A DNA stretch of 64,000 nucleotides from an uncultured Acidimicrobiia bacterium. GTDB lineage: Bacteria > Actinomycetota > Acidimicrobiia > Acidimicrobiales > AC-14. Shown here piece by piece: positions 10,193-22,800 of this stretch. Position numbers and translations under genes: made by a program. The notes under the pieces were generated by a model. That model ran no database searches. It saw only the letters and a list, made by a program, of their open reading frames with translations, and was not told where the DNA came from. Location: contig CAWIIV010000015.1 in assembly GCA_963836205.1 (NCBI GenBank), positions 224,001 through 288,000 of the forward strand. The letters run 5' to 3'. Position 1 is the stretch's first letter. Every line of letters begins with the position of its first letter.

Positions 10193-10347
10193 GACGGGCC
10201 GCCGGGTTCGACCGTAGCGCGCGGGGCGGGAGATGAGAACCCAATGCCGGTTCGGCCGGGCGGGGGCGCGCGACCGGGTGCGGGCGCGAATCGGCTCGCC
10301 GGCCCCTGAGGCACCGGCGAGCCAGGATTCGTAGGTTCGAAGGGCCG

Positions 10348-10797
10348 CTAGGTGGTCTGGCGGCGGATGATGTGGGTGAGGCTGACCAGGGCGAGGCCGG
10401 CGAAGAAGGCGACGAGCGCCATCTGCACCATCGAGGCGCTGGAGGAGCCGGTGAGGGCCAGGCCGCCGTCGTGGACAGCCTTGGCCGGGCCCGCCTTGTG
10501 GCCGTCGCGATCGCCCTTGCAGTCGGATCCGGAGGCAGTCGACCACTCGGTGGCGGTGGAGCAACCGGAGGCAACCGAGCCGCCGATGGCAACGGCGTCG
10601 CCCGAGGCGGTCGAGTTGTCAATGGCAACGGCAGTGCCCGAGGCCACCGAACCGTTCGACGCGAAAGCCTCGCCTGAGCTCATCCCGTCGTGGTGACCGT
10701 CGTCGGCCGCAGCCGGACCCGCGAGGAAGGCCACCATGCCAACCAAGCCAGCCACAACCGCCAGCAGCGACATCGTCGCACGTCTCTTCGTGGTCAT
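10348..10797 (-). CDS. Small secreted 12-aa-repeat protein with LALTG sortase signal
   Basis: AAGGAG RBS, Sec signal (AGPAAA/D), ASGxAxAxxxS(V/T) repeats, LALTG (10447-10461) + TM + RR. Confidence 0.88.
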   Translation of the reverse strand: MTTKRRATMSLLAVVAGLVGMVAFLAGPAAADDGHHDGMSSGEAFASNGSVASGTAVAIDNSTASGDAVAIGGSVASGCSTATEWSTASGSDCKGDRDGHKAGPAKAVHDGGLALTGSSSASMVQMALVAFFAGLALVSLTHIIRRQTT

Positions 10798-10865
10798 CGT
10801 CTCCTTCTTCCGCTCTGGGAACTGTCTCTACTGTCGTGCAGTCGGCGTGTGCCGCCTGCGAGTGG

Positions 10866-13800
10866 TCAGGACTCTTCGTTCTCTACCCGACGCCGGCCGA
10901 TGCGACCAAGTGCCAGCAGGAGGCCGCCGAGACCGCTGCTCGCACCAGCTGCAACCACCATCGTCCCGGCGTCGATACCGGTGCGGGCCAGCGTAGCCGC
11001 ACCGCCGTCACCGGCGTGGCCTGCCTTGTCGTCGTCGTGGTCCCGGCCGTGCTTGGAGGGTGCGCAGTCGGCGCCCGAGGCGGTGGAGGTGTCCACCGCG
11101 GTGGAGCACCCGGAGGCGACCGAGCCGTCGCTGGCCAGGGCGTTGCCGGATGCGGTGGAATTCAGGTCGGCCGTCGACCAGCCCGAGGCCACCGACTCGT
11201 TGGTGGCGTGGGCGTCGCCCGAGGCCACCGACGTCTCGTCGGAGACGGCACCGCCGGAGGCGGTGTAGGAGGTCGGCCAGGCCAGGGCGGCGTCCTTCTC
11301 CCCGTGCTCGCCGTGGCCGCGCCCGGCCCGGTCGCGGTGGCCGCCGCCGCCGTGGCCCTCGCCGGCGGCCGGGGCCGGGGCCTCGGCCGGGGCCGCCGCC
11401 GCTGCCCCCCGCCGCCCCCGGCGCCGCTGCCGGTGCCGGTGCCGGCGGGGGCGGTGCTGGCGGCCATGGTGTCCGAGCCCGTGCCGGCGGTGCCGGTGGA
11501 GCCCGACGAGGGCGAGGAGCCCGAGCCCGACACCGGGTTGGTCTCCGCCACCGAGGTGCTGTCGCCGGTGTCGCCGGTGTTGGTGGCGCTGGACTGGCCC
11601 ACCGCCTGGCCGGTGTCGCCGGAGGTGGCCACCGGGGTGGCGGTGACCGAACCGGCCCCGCCCGAGCCGGCGTTGGCGGCCGAGGTGCCCACCGCCGCCC
11701 CGCCCACGGCGAGGCCGGGCAGCAGGGCGATGTTGAGGGCGGGCCCGCCGGCGCCGGCCAGGCCCACCGCCCCGCCGGCGTCGCCGCCGGTGCCGCCGAG
11801 CACGGCGATGGCCGACACGTTGGCCACCTCCCCGGTGACACCGGACAGGCCGTCGGCCACCGAGTGGGCGCCGGAGTTGGCCACGCTGTCGGCGCTGGCG
11901 TCGGCATCGGCGGTGCCGGTGTCGCCGGTGTCGCCGGAGTCGCCAGTGGTGGCGTTGCCGGAGACGGTCAGCGTCGTGCCCAGCCCGGCGATGCCGGTGG
12001 CGACCAGGGTGGGGCCGGTGGTGGCGTCGCCGGTGTTGCCGGTGGGCCCGGAGGGGCCCGAGGTGGCCATCGGCGAGGAGGTGGCGGAGGAGGTGGCGTC
12101 GCCGGTGTCGCCGGTGTTGGTGGCGCTGGAGCGGGCGGCCACGTCGCCCGAGGCGCCGCTGGTGGCCGTCGGCGTCACCGTGGCCTCGGAGCTGCCGCCG
12201 TCGCCCCCGTCGGCCTCGGCGGTGGCCACCGACGAGCCCCCGGTTGCGGCGACGATGCCGTCGACGGTGGCGGCGATGATCACGTTCAGGGCCGGCCCGC
12301 CGTCGCCGCCGAGGGCGAGAGCCACCCCGCCGTCGCCCCCGTCGCCGGCGGTGCTGCCCACCGCGGCCAGGTTGAGGGCGGCGCCGGTGTCGCCGGAGAG
12401 GCCGTTGGCCTCCGACTTGGCCCCCGAGTTGGCGGTGCTGTCGGCGGTGGCGGTGACGTCGGCGTCGCCGGTGTCGCCGGAGTCGCCCGAGTCACCGGAG
12501 TCGGCGTTGCCGGAGATGGCGATGGCCGCCCCCAGCAGGGCCGGGTTGGTGGCGCTGGTGACCGAGGCGGCCGCTCCGGTGGCCCCGGTGCCGCCGGAGG
12601 AGCCGGTGGCGATGATGGGGCTGGCCACCGCCACCGAGGTGGCGTCGCCGGTGTCGCCGGTGTTGGTGGAGCTGGACTGGGCGTTGACCGCACCCGAGGC
12701 CCCCGAGGTGGCGGTGGGGGTGACGGTTGCCGCCGAGGCCCCGCCGGCACCGCCGTTAGCGGCGGCGGTGGACACCGAGGAGCCGCCGGTGGCGAGGACC
12801 GATCCGTCGACGTCGACCAGCACGAGCACGTTGGCCGCGCCCCCCGACAGATCGACGGCGGCCACGTTGATGTCGAGCGCGGCGGCCACGCCGCCCCCGC
12901 CGCCGTCGCCGGCGTCGGCTGCGGCCACCACTAGGTTGGCCGCGTCGCCGGTGAGGCCGGAGGTGGCGTCGGTGGTGGCCAGCGCCCCCGAGTTGGCGGT
13001 GCTGGAGGCGAAGGCGTCGCCGCCGGCGGCGCCGGTGTCGCCCGAGTCGCCGGAGTCGCCCGAGGTGGCGCTGCCGCCCACGGCCAGGGCCGTGCCCAGG
13101 ATGGCGGTGTTGGCCGCGGTGGCGTTGACGGTGGCCGCCCCGGTGGCCCCGGTGGCGCCGGAGTTGCCGGACACGGCGATGGGGCTGGCCGTGGCCGAGG
13201 ACCAGGCGTCGCCGGTGTCGCCCGAGTTGGTGGCGCTGGACTGCGAGGTGCTGGCGCCGGACGCACCGCTGGTGGCGGTGGGGGTGGCGGTGACGGTGGC
13301 GTCGCCGCCGGAGCCGCCGTCGGCATCGGCGGTGGACACCGAGGAGCCACCGGCGGCCAGGACGGAGCCGTCGACGGTGCTCAGCAGCAGGCCGTTGCCG
13401 GCCCCGCCGCTGAGGTCGATGGCGGAGATGTCGACGTTGGCCGAGATGGCCGCCCCGCCGTTGCCGCCCTCGCCACCGTCGGCCGCGACGACGGCCGTGT
13501 TGACAGCCAGGCCGGTGGGAGCGCTGACCGACACGGAGTCGGCCTCGGCGCCCGAGTTGGCGGCGCCCACAGCGGTGCCGCTGACGTTGACGTCGCCGGT
13601 GTCGCCGGAGTCGCCGAACTCCAAGTCGCCGCTGTTGCCGGAGCTGGCGTTGCCGCCGACGGCAAGAGCCGTGCCGAGCACCGCCGGCGAGTTGACCGCG
13701 GTGGCGCTGGTGGAGGCCTCGCCGGTGTCGCCGGTGTCGCCCGAGTCGCCACTGCGGGCGACGGGGCTCGACTCGGCCACCGTGGTGGCGCTGCCGGTGT

Positions 13801-16800
13801 TGCCCGAGTTGGTGGAGCTGGCCTGGGCGGTGGCCGCCCCCGACGCCCCCGAGACGGCGTTGGGGCTGGCAGTGACGGTGGCGTCGCCGCCGGCACCGCC
13901 GCCGGCCTGGGACGTGGCCACCTCGCTGCCGCCGAGGGCGATCACCGAGCCGCCGACGGTGGCGCCGGCGACGAGGTTGACCGCAGCCCCGGAGAGGTCG
14001 ATGGCGGAGATGTCGACGTTGCCGGCCGCGGCCAGCCCGCCGCTGCCACCCTCGCCGCCGTCGGCGAAGAGGAAGGTGGCGTTGCCGGCGAGGCCGGTCT
14101 CGCCCGAGCGGGCGTCGGAGAGGCTGAGGGCGCCGGAGTTGGACAGCGCCAGTGCGTTGCCCGAGGCCGAGGCGCCGCCCGTGTCACCGGTGTCGCCCGA
14201 GTCGCCCGAGTCGGCGCCGCCGCCGGCCGCCACTGCGGTGCCGAGGAGGGCCGAGTTGGTGGCGGCGGCGTCGGACTTGGCCGATCCCGAGGTGCCGGAG
14301 TCGCCCGAGTTGCCGGAGGACGCGACCGGGCTGGAGATGCCGGTGGAGTTGGCGTTGCCGGTGTTGCCGCTGTTGGTGGCGCTGGCCTGGGCGGTGGATG
14401 CCCCGCTGGCCCCCGAAGTGGCGTTGGGGCTGGTGGTGGCGATGGTCGCGTCGCCGCCGGCACCGCCGTCGGCGGATGCGGTGGCCACCGTGCTACCACC
14501 GGCAGCGGTGATGGAGCCGCCGACAGTCGCCCCGACGACCACGTTGGCGGCGGCGCCGCCGAGGTCGATGGCGGCGATGTCGACGTTGGCCGCGATGGCC
14601 GCTCCGCCGCCGCCGCCCTCGCCGCCGTCGGAGTCGGCGCCGACGAGGTTGAAGGCGGAGCCGGTGTTGCCGGAGAGCGACGTGGCGGCCGCGCTGGCGC
14701 CCGTGGTGGCGCCGGAGAAGAGGAACGGGGTGGTGGCCGACGCGTTGCCGGTGTTGCCCGTGGAGCCGGTGTTGCCCGAGCTGGCGGGACCACCGATGGT
14801 GAGGGCGGTGCCGATGGCGGCCGAGTTGGTGGCGGTGGCGCCGGACTCGGCGTCGCCGGTGTCGCCCGAGGTGCCGGAGTCGCCGGTGGCGGCGACGGGG
14901 GAGGCCGTGGCCGCCGCGGTGGCGTCACCGGTGTCGCCCGAGTTGGTGGCGCTGGCCTGCATGGTGGCCGCCCCGCTGTCGCCGCTGGTGGCGGTGGGAC
15001 CGGTGGTGATGCTGGAGTCGCCGCCCGCACCCCCGTCGGCCTCGGCGGTGGACACCGTGCTGCCGCCGGCGGCAGAGATCGATCCGCCCACGAGGGCGCC
15101 GACGACCACGTTGGCGGCGGCGCCGGAGGCGTTGATGGCGGCGATGTCGAGGTTGAGGGCGACGGCCAGGCCGGCGTCGCCGCCGTCGCCGCCGTCGGAC
15201 TCGAGGACGACGCCGTTGAAGGCGGCGCCGGTGTTGCCGGAGGTCGACATGCCGGTGACGATGACGCCACTGCTGGAGGTGGCGACTGCGACCCCGACGC
15301 CGATGGCGTCGCCGGTGTCGCCGCTGTCGCCGGAGCCGCCGCTGGTGGCCGGCGCCCCGACTGCGAGGGCCGTCCCGCCGATGGCGGAGTTGAGGGCGGA
15401 GGCGTTGGTGCTGGCGGCACCGGTGGCGCCGGTGTTGCCGGAGTTGCCGCTCACCGCCACCGGGCTGGCCACCGCGGTGGAGGAGGCGTCGCCCGTGTCG
15501 CCGCTGTTGGTGGCGCTGGTCTGGGCGGTGGAGGCCCCGCTGGCGCCGCTGGTGGCGGTGGGGCTGGCCGTGATGGTGGCGTTGCCGCCGTTGCCGCCGT
15601 TGGCCGCCGCCGTGCCCACCGAGCTGCCGCCGGCGGCGGTGATCGAGCCGGGGACGACGGAGGCGACGACGACGTTGACCGCGGCGCCGCCGTCGCCGGC
15701 TGCGCTGATGGCGATGCCGCCGGCCCCGCCCACGCCGCCGTCGGCCTCGGCCAGGACGATGTTGGACGCGTCGCCGGTGGTGCCGGACAGGGAGGTCCCG
15801 ACCGCCTCGGCGCCGGTGTTGGCCGCACTGATGGCGGTGCCGATGCCGACTGCTACGCCCGTGCCGCCCGAGTTGCCGGACTGACCGGTGGCGGCCGGGC
15901 CGCCGACGGCGACGGCCGTGCCCAGGGTGGAGGGTGAGTTGACGGCGCTGGGCTCGGAGACGGCGTCGCCGGTGTCGCCGGTGTCGCCCGAGTCGCCCGA
16001 GCGGGCGCTGGAGGCGGCGGTGGCGGAGGAGGTGGCGTTGCCGGTGTTGCCCGAGTTGGTGGCGCTGGTGCGGGCGTCGGCGTCGCCGCTGGCGCCGCTG
16101 GTGGCCGTGGGGGAAACGGTGATGTCGGCGTCGCCGCCATCGCCGCCGCTGTTGGTGGCGGTGGCCACGCTGGCGCCGCCGGTGGCGGCGATGGTGCCGC
16201 CGAGGCCGCCGGTGACCACGTTGATGGCCACGCCGCCGTCGCCGGAGACGGCCACGGCCAGCGGGCCGCCGTCGAGGCCGGGGCCGGCAGTGGCGTTGGC
16301 CGCCACCAGGTTGCTGGCGGCGCCGGTGTTGCCGGAGGTGGCGACGGCGTCGGTGTCGGCGCCGCTGTTGGCGATGGACTCGGCGTCGCTGACGGCCTGG
16401 GCCGTGCCGGTGCTGCCCGAGCTGCCCGAGCTGCCGCTGGTGGCGGGGCCGCCCACGGCGGCGGCGAGGCCCACGATGGCGGAGTTGACGGCGGTGGGGC
16501 TGGAGACGGCGTCGCCGGTGTCGCCGGTGGTGCCGGAGTCGCCCGAGGTGGCGGAGCTGGAGTCATAGGCGGTGGACAGGGCATCGCCGGTGTCGCCGGT
16601 GTTGGTGGCGCTGGACTGGGCGGTGGCGTCCCCGGAGGCGCCGGTGGTGGCCTGGGGGCTGGCCACCAGGGTGGCGTTGCCGCCGTCGTCGCCGTCGTCG
16701 TCGCCGGTGGCCACGCTGGCCCCGCCGGTGGCGAAGGAGGCGATGCCGGTGCCCACGCCGGTGAGGACGTTGATGGCGTCGCCGCCGTCGCCGGAGATGG

Positions 16801-19800
16801 CGACGATGCCCTGGGCCACGCTGGCCCCGCCGGTGGCCTGGGCCGCCACCACCCCGCCGCCGGCCACGGTGACGGAGTTGACGGCGGCGCCGCCGTCGCC
16901 GGAGGTGGCCAGGTCGCCGATGGCCACGCTGGAGCCGCCGGTGGCGCTGGCGATGACGTTGGCCCCGGGCCCGGCGATGATGCCGTTGACGGCGCCGCCG
17001 CCGTCGCCCGCGGTGGCGATGGAGATGCCGCCGTCGCCGCTGGCGTCGAGGGCCACGACCGCCGCGGCCACGATGTTGGTGGCCGAGCCGGTGGCGCCGG
17101 AGGTGGCGTCGGCGTCGGAGGTGGCGCCGGTGTTGGAGCGGCTGGAGGCGCTGCCGCCGGTCACGATGCCGCTGCCGGTGTTGCCGGAGCTGCCCGAGCT
17201 GCCGGAGCTGGCGGGGCCGCCGGCGGCCACGGCGGTGCCGACCAGGGCGGTGTTGACCGCGGCCGGCTCGGCGAAGGCGTCGCCGGTGTCGCCGGTGTTG
17301 CCGGAGTTGCCGGTGGCCACCGAGCCGCCCTCGACCACGGCGTCGCCGGTGTCGCCGGAGTTGCCGGAGTTGCCCGAGGTGGCGGCGCCGCCCAGCGCCA
17401 GGGCGATGCCCACCCCGCCGGTGTTGACCGCGCTGGGGCTGGCGAAGGCGTCGCCGGTGGTGCCGGTGTCGCCCGAGTCGCCCGAGGTGGCGCTGGCGCT
17501 CTGGGCGGCGGTGGAGGTGGCGTCGCCGGTGTCGCCGGAGTTGGTGGCGCTGGACTGGGCGGTGGCCGCCCCCGAGGCGCCGGAGGTGGCCACGGGCGAC
17601 AGGGTGAGGGTGACGTCGGCGCCGGCGAGGACGGCCAGGGCCACGTTGAGGGCGTCGCCGGTGGCCCCGCTGTCGGCCTCGGAGGTGGAGTCGGCGCCGG
17701 AGATGGCGATGCTGTCGGCCTCGCCGCCGGCGCTGACCGAGCCGGTGCTGCCCGACGCCCCCGAGTTGCCCGAGGTGGCGTTGGCGCCCACGGCCAGGGC
17801 GGTGCCGATCATGGCGCTGTTGACGGCCGAGGGCTCGTTGAAGGCGTCGCCGGTGTCGCCGGTGTCGCCCGAGTCGCCCGACTCCGCGCTGCCGTTGGAC
17901 ACCGCCGCCGAGGAGGCGTCGCCGGTGTCGCCGGAGTTGGTGGCGCTGGCCTGGGAGATGGCCGCCCCCGAGTCTCCGGTGGTGGAGACGGGCACCGCGG
18001 TCAGGCTGACCCCGCCCCCGTCGCCGCCGTCGGCCTCGGCCAGGCTCACGCTGGCCCCGCCGGTGGCGGAGGCCACGATGGTGGAGCCGGGCCCGGCCAG
18101 GATGCCGTTGCCGGCCGCGCCGCCGGCCCCGGAGGTGGAGATGGCCACCCCGCCCGGGCCACCCAGGCCGGGGGCCACGGTCAGGCCGGCACCGGTGGGG
18201 ATGAAGGCGGCGTCGCCGGTGTCGCCGCTCTGGGCCTCGGAGAAGGTGTCGGCGCCGGAGTTGGCGATGGAGAAGGCGTCGCCGTCGATGGCGGCGTCGC
18301 CGGTGGCGCCGGAGGCGCCGGAGTTGCCGGTGACGGCGTTGCCGGTGACGACCACGGCCAGGCCGCCGATGGCGGCGTTGGTGGCGCTGCCGGAGGCGTC
18401 GGAGTCACCGGTGTCGCCGGTGTCGCCGGAGTCGCCCGAGGAGGCGGCGGGGGTGGCGGTGGCGGCCGAGGAGGCGTCGCCGGTGTCGCCGGTGTTGGTG
18501 GCGCTGGCCTGGGACTTGGCCAGGCCGGAGTCGCCCGAGGTGGTGGTGGGGGTGGCGCTGAGCGAGCCCGCGCCGCCGTTGCCGCCGTTGGCGTCGGCGG
18601 TGGCCACCGAGCTGCCCCCGTGGGCCACGGCACTGCCCACGATGGTCACCGCGCCGCCGGCGGCGATGGCGTTGGTGGCCAGGCCGCCGGGGCCCGCCAC
18701 CGACACGGCCACCCCGCCGGGGCCGCCGGGGGCGGCCAGCACGACGGCGTCGACGAAGTTGGCGGCGTCGCCGGTGTCGCCCGAGTCGGCGTCGGTCACC
18801 GCCACCGCCCCCGAGTTGGCCGAGCTGGCCGAGTCGGCGTCGGCGCTGGCGTTGCCGGTGGCGCCCGAGTTGCCGGAGGAGCCGGAGGTGGCGTTGCCGC
18901 CCACGGCCAGGGCCGTGCCCAGGGTGGCGGCGGTGTTGGTGGCGGTGGCGTTGTTGACGCCGCTGCCGGTGTCGCCGCTGTCGCCGCTGTCGCCGGAGGT
19001 GGCCGAGGGCTTGGCCGTGGCCACCGAGGTGGCGTTGCCGGTGTCGCCGTCGTTGGTGGCGCTGCCCTGGGCGTAGGCCGCCCCGGAGGTGCCGGAGACG
19101 GCCGAGGGGGCGCTGGAGCCGGTGGCGGCCCCGCCTGCGCCGCCGTTGGCGGCACCGGTGGCGATGGAGCTGCCGCCGGTGGCCACGGGGTTGCTGGCCA
19201 CGGTGCCCACCGCGTTGATGGTGTTGACGGCGGCGCCGCCGGCGGCGGAGACGGGCACGGACACGCCCCCGGGGCCGCCCAGGCCGGCGATGGCGGTGAG
19301 CACGACGTCGTTGCTCACGTCGCCGGTGAAGCCCGACAGGGCGGCGCCGTCGACGCTGGCGCCGGAGTTGGCGAAGCTGGTGGCGCTGGCGTCGGCGTCG
19401 GCGGAGCCGGTGGCGCCGGTGGCGCCGGAGTCGTCGGAGGAGGCGTTGCCGCCCAGAGCCACGGCGATGCCCAGGGCCGCGCTGTTGGTGGCGGTGGGGG
19501 TGCGGCTGTAGTCGCCGGTGTCGCCCGAGTCACCCGAGTCGCCGGAGGTGGCGGCGGGGTTGGCGGTGGCGCTGGACACGGCGTCGCCGGTGGCGCCGGT
19601 GTTGGTGGCGCTGGACTGGGAGGTGGCCGCCCCCGACGCGCCGCTGGCGGCGGTGGGGTCGATGGTGACGGAGCCGGCCCCGCCGGCGCCGCCGTCGGCC
19701 TCGCCGGTGGCCACGCTGGAGCCGCCGGTGGCACCCGGGCTGGCGGCCACGTTGCCCGCCGCCAGCACCAGGTTGGTGGCCGCCCCACCGGGGCCGGCGA

Positions 19801-22800
19801 CGGGGACGCTGACCCCGCCCGGGCCGCCGCTGCCGGCGGCGGCGAAGCCGTCGATGACGTTGCCGGCGTCGCCGCTGTCGCCGGACAGGACGAAGGAGTC
19901 GACGTTGGCCCCGGAGTTGGCGAAGCTGTCGGCGTCGCCGTCGGCCTCCGCGTCGCCGGTGGCGCCGGTGTCGCCCACCGCGGCGCGCGAGCCCAAGTCG
20001 CCGCCGGTGGTGCCCGAGTTGCCGGAGGCGGCCGAGCCGCTGGAGGTGGCCGCCGACCACGCCTGGCCGGTGTCGCCGTCGTTGGTGGCGCTGCCCTGGC
20101 CGGTGGCGTCGCCGGTGGCGCCGCTGGTGGCGGAGGCGACGGTGGTCAGGTCGGCCCCGCCCCCGTCGCCGCCGTTGCTGGCCCCGGTGGCCACCGAGGA
20201 GCCGCCGGTGGCGAAGGGCGAGCCCACGATGTTGCCGGCGGCAACGACGGTGTTGCTGGCGGCGCCGCCGGCGCCGGCCACGGGCACGGTCACGCCGCCC
20301 GCGCCGCCGTTGCCGGCGATGACGGTGAGCAGCACCGGCAGGGGCAGGTTGGCCGGGTCGAGCTCGCCGGCGGAGTCGCCGGAGACGGCCACGACTTCGA
20401 CGTTGGCCCCCGAGTTGGCGAAGCTGGAGGCGGCACCGTCGGCGTCGGCGTCGCCGGTGTCGCCGCTGGAGCCGTCGGGGGCGGGGTCGGGGGTGCCGGG
20501 GAGCGGGACGGCCACGGTGCCGGCGATGGCGGTGCCGCCCAGGCCGGCGTTGAGCGCGATGCCGGACACGAAGGCGATGGCGGTGCCCAGCAGCTCGGTG
20601 TTGGTGGCCGAGGTGTTGTTGCCCGAGCCGCCGGTGGTGCCGGTGTTGCCGGAGTTGCCGGAGGCGGCGGTGGGGCTGGCGACGGCGGTGGAGAGGGCGT
20701 CGCCGGTGTCGCCGGTGTTGGTGGCGCTGCCCTGGGCGGTGGAGGCGCCGCTGGCGCCGGAGGCCGAGGTGGGGCTGGCGGTGAGGCTGGCGCTGCCGCC
20801 GGCGCCGCCGTTGGCCTCGGCGGTGGCGATGCTGGAGCCGCCGTGGGCGATGGGCGAGCCGACGACGTCGCCCGCCCCCACGATGGTCACGGTGGCGGCG
20901 CCGCCGTCGCCGGCCACGGGCACGGCCACGCCCCCGGCGCCGCCGTTGCCGGCCACCACCAGGACGTCGAGGATGTTGGAGGCCGAGCCGGTGTCGCCCG
21001 ACAGGGAGTCGACCACCACGTTGGCGCCCGAGTTGGCGAAGCTGTCGGCGTCGCTGGCGGCGGAGGCGTCGCCGGAGTCGCCCGACTCACCGGAGGAGCC
21101 GGTGACGTTGCCCCCGCCGATGGCGATGGCGGTGCCCAACAGGCCGTCTTCGGTGTTGGTGGCGCTGGGCCGGGGGCGGGCGTCGCCGGTGTTGCCGGTG
21201 TTGCCGGTGTTGCCCGACACCGACGCCGGGTTGGCCGTCGCGCCCGAGGTGGCGGCGCCGGTGGCGCCGGTGTTGGTGGAGCTGGACTGGGCGGTGGAGG
21301 CACCGGAGCCGGCGCTGGTGGAGGTGGGGGTGACGGTGGTGGTGGCGGCGCCGCCGGCCCCGCCGTTGGCCTCGGCGGTGGCCACGCTGGACCCCCCGGC
21401 GGCGCCCACGCCGCCGAAGCCGAGGCCGGGGAGCAGGGCCGCCACCAGCGTGGCCGCCCCACCGGCGCCGGCCACCGGCAGGGCCACCCCGCCGGCCCCG
21501 CCGTCGCCCGCGATGACGGTGACGAAGGTGTCGTTGAGGGCGTCGCCGGTGTCGCCGGAGGTGGAGACCGACGACGAGTTGGCCCCCGAGTTGGCGCCGC
21601 TGGAGGCGGAGCCGTCGGAGGTGGCGGCGCCGGAGTTGCCGGAGTTGCCGGAGTCGCCCGACGCGGCCAGGCCGCCGATGGCGATGGCCGTGCCCAGGGG
21701 GGCGCTGTTGAGGGCGGTGGCCTGGGCCAGGGCGTCGCCGGTGTCGCCGGTGTCGCCGGTGTTGCCCGAGCGGGCGCTGGGGCTGGAGGTGGCGACCGAG
21801 GTGGCGTCGCCGGTGTCGCCGCTGTTGGTGGCGCTGGACTGGGCCGTGGCCGCACCGGAGGCGCCGGAGGTGGCGACGGGCGACGAGGACAGGGTGGCGG
21901 CGCCGCCGGCACCGCCGTTGGCCTCGGCCGTGGCCACGCTCGACCCGCCGGCGACGCCGCCACCGAAGCCGAAGGCGGACAGGCCGTCGCCCACGGCCGC
22001 CCCGCCGGGGCCGGCCACGGGAATGGCCACGCCGCCGGCGCCGCCGCTGCCGGCGGCGGCGAAGAGGTTGGTGACGTTGGTGGCGTCGCCGGTGTCGCCG
22101 GAGTCGGCGTCGGAGGCGGAGTTGGCGCCCGAGTTGGCGAAGCTGTCGGCGGTGCCGACGGCGGTGGCGGCGCCGGAGTCGCCGGAGTCGCCCGAGTTGC
22201 CGCTGATGGCGCCGCCGCCGATGGCGATGGCGGTGCCCAGCAGGCCGGTGTTGGTGGCGGTCGGCTGGTTGGTGGCGTCGCCGGTGTCGCCGGTGCTGCC
22301 GGTGTCGCCGGTGGCGGCGGTGGGCGAGGACACGGCGCTGGACCAGGCGTCGCCGGTGTCGCCGCTGTTGGTGGAGCTGGACTGGGCGGTGGAGGCCCCC
22401 GAGGCGCCGGAGGTGGCGTTGGGGTTCGAGGTGACGGACGAGGCCCCGCCGTCGCCGCCGTTGGCCTCGGCGGTGGCCACCGCGCTGCCGCCGGCGATGG
22501 CCGGGAAGATGATCTGGCCGGCCTGGCCCGGGGCTCAGCCCGGCGCCGGGCACGGCGTTGCCGCCCAGGCCGCCGATGGCGGTGAGGGTGGTGGCGTTGA
22601 GGGCGTCGCCGGTGTCGCCCGAGGTCGACACGGAGGAGGTGTGGGCGCCGGAGTTGGCCAGGCTGGTGGCGTTGCCCACGGCGGTGGCGTTGCCGGAGTT
22701 GCCCGAGGAGCCGCTGTCGCCGGAGGTGGCGGGCAGCGGGGGGGCGGCGCCGTTGATGGGGATGAAGATGGTGGAGCCGCCCACGGGGATGGAGATGCCC

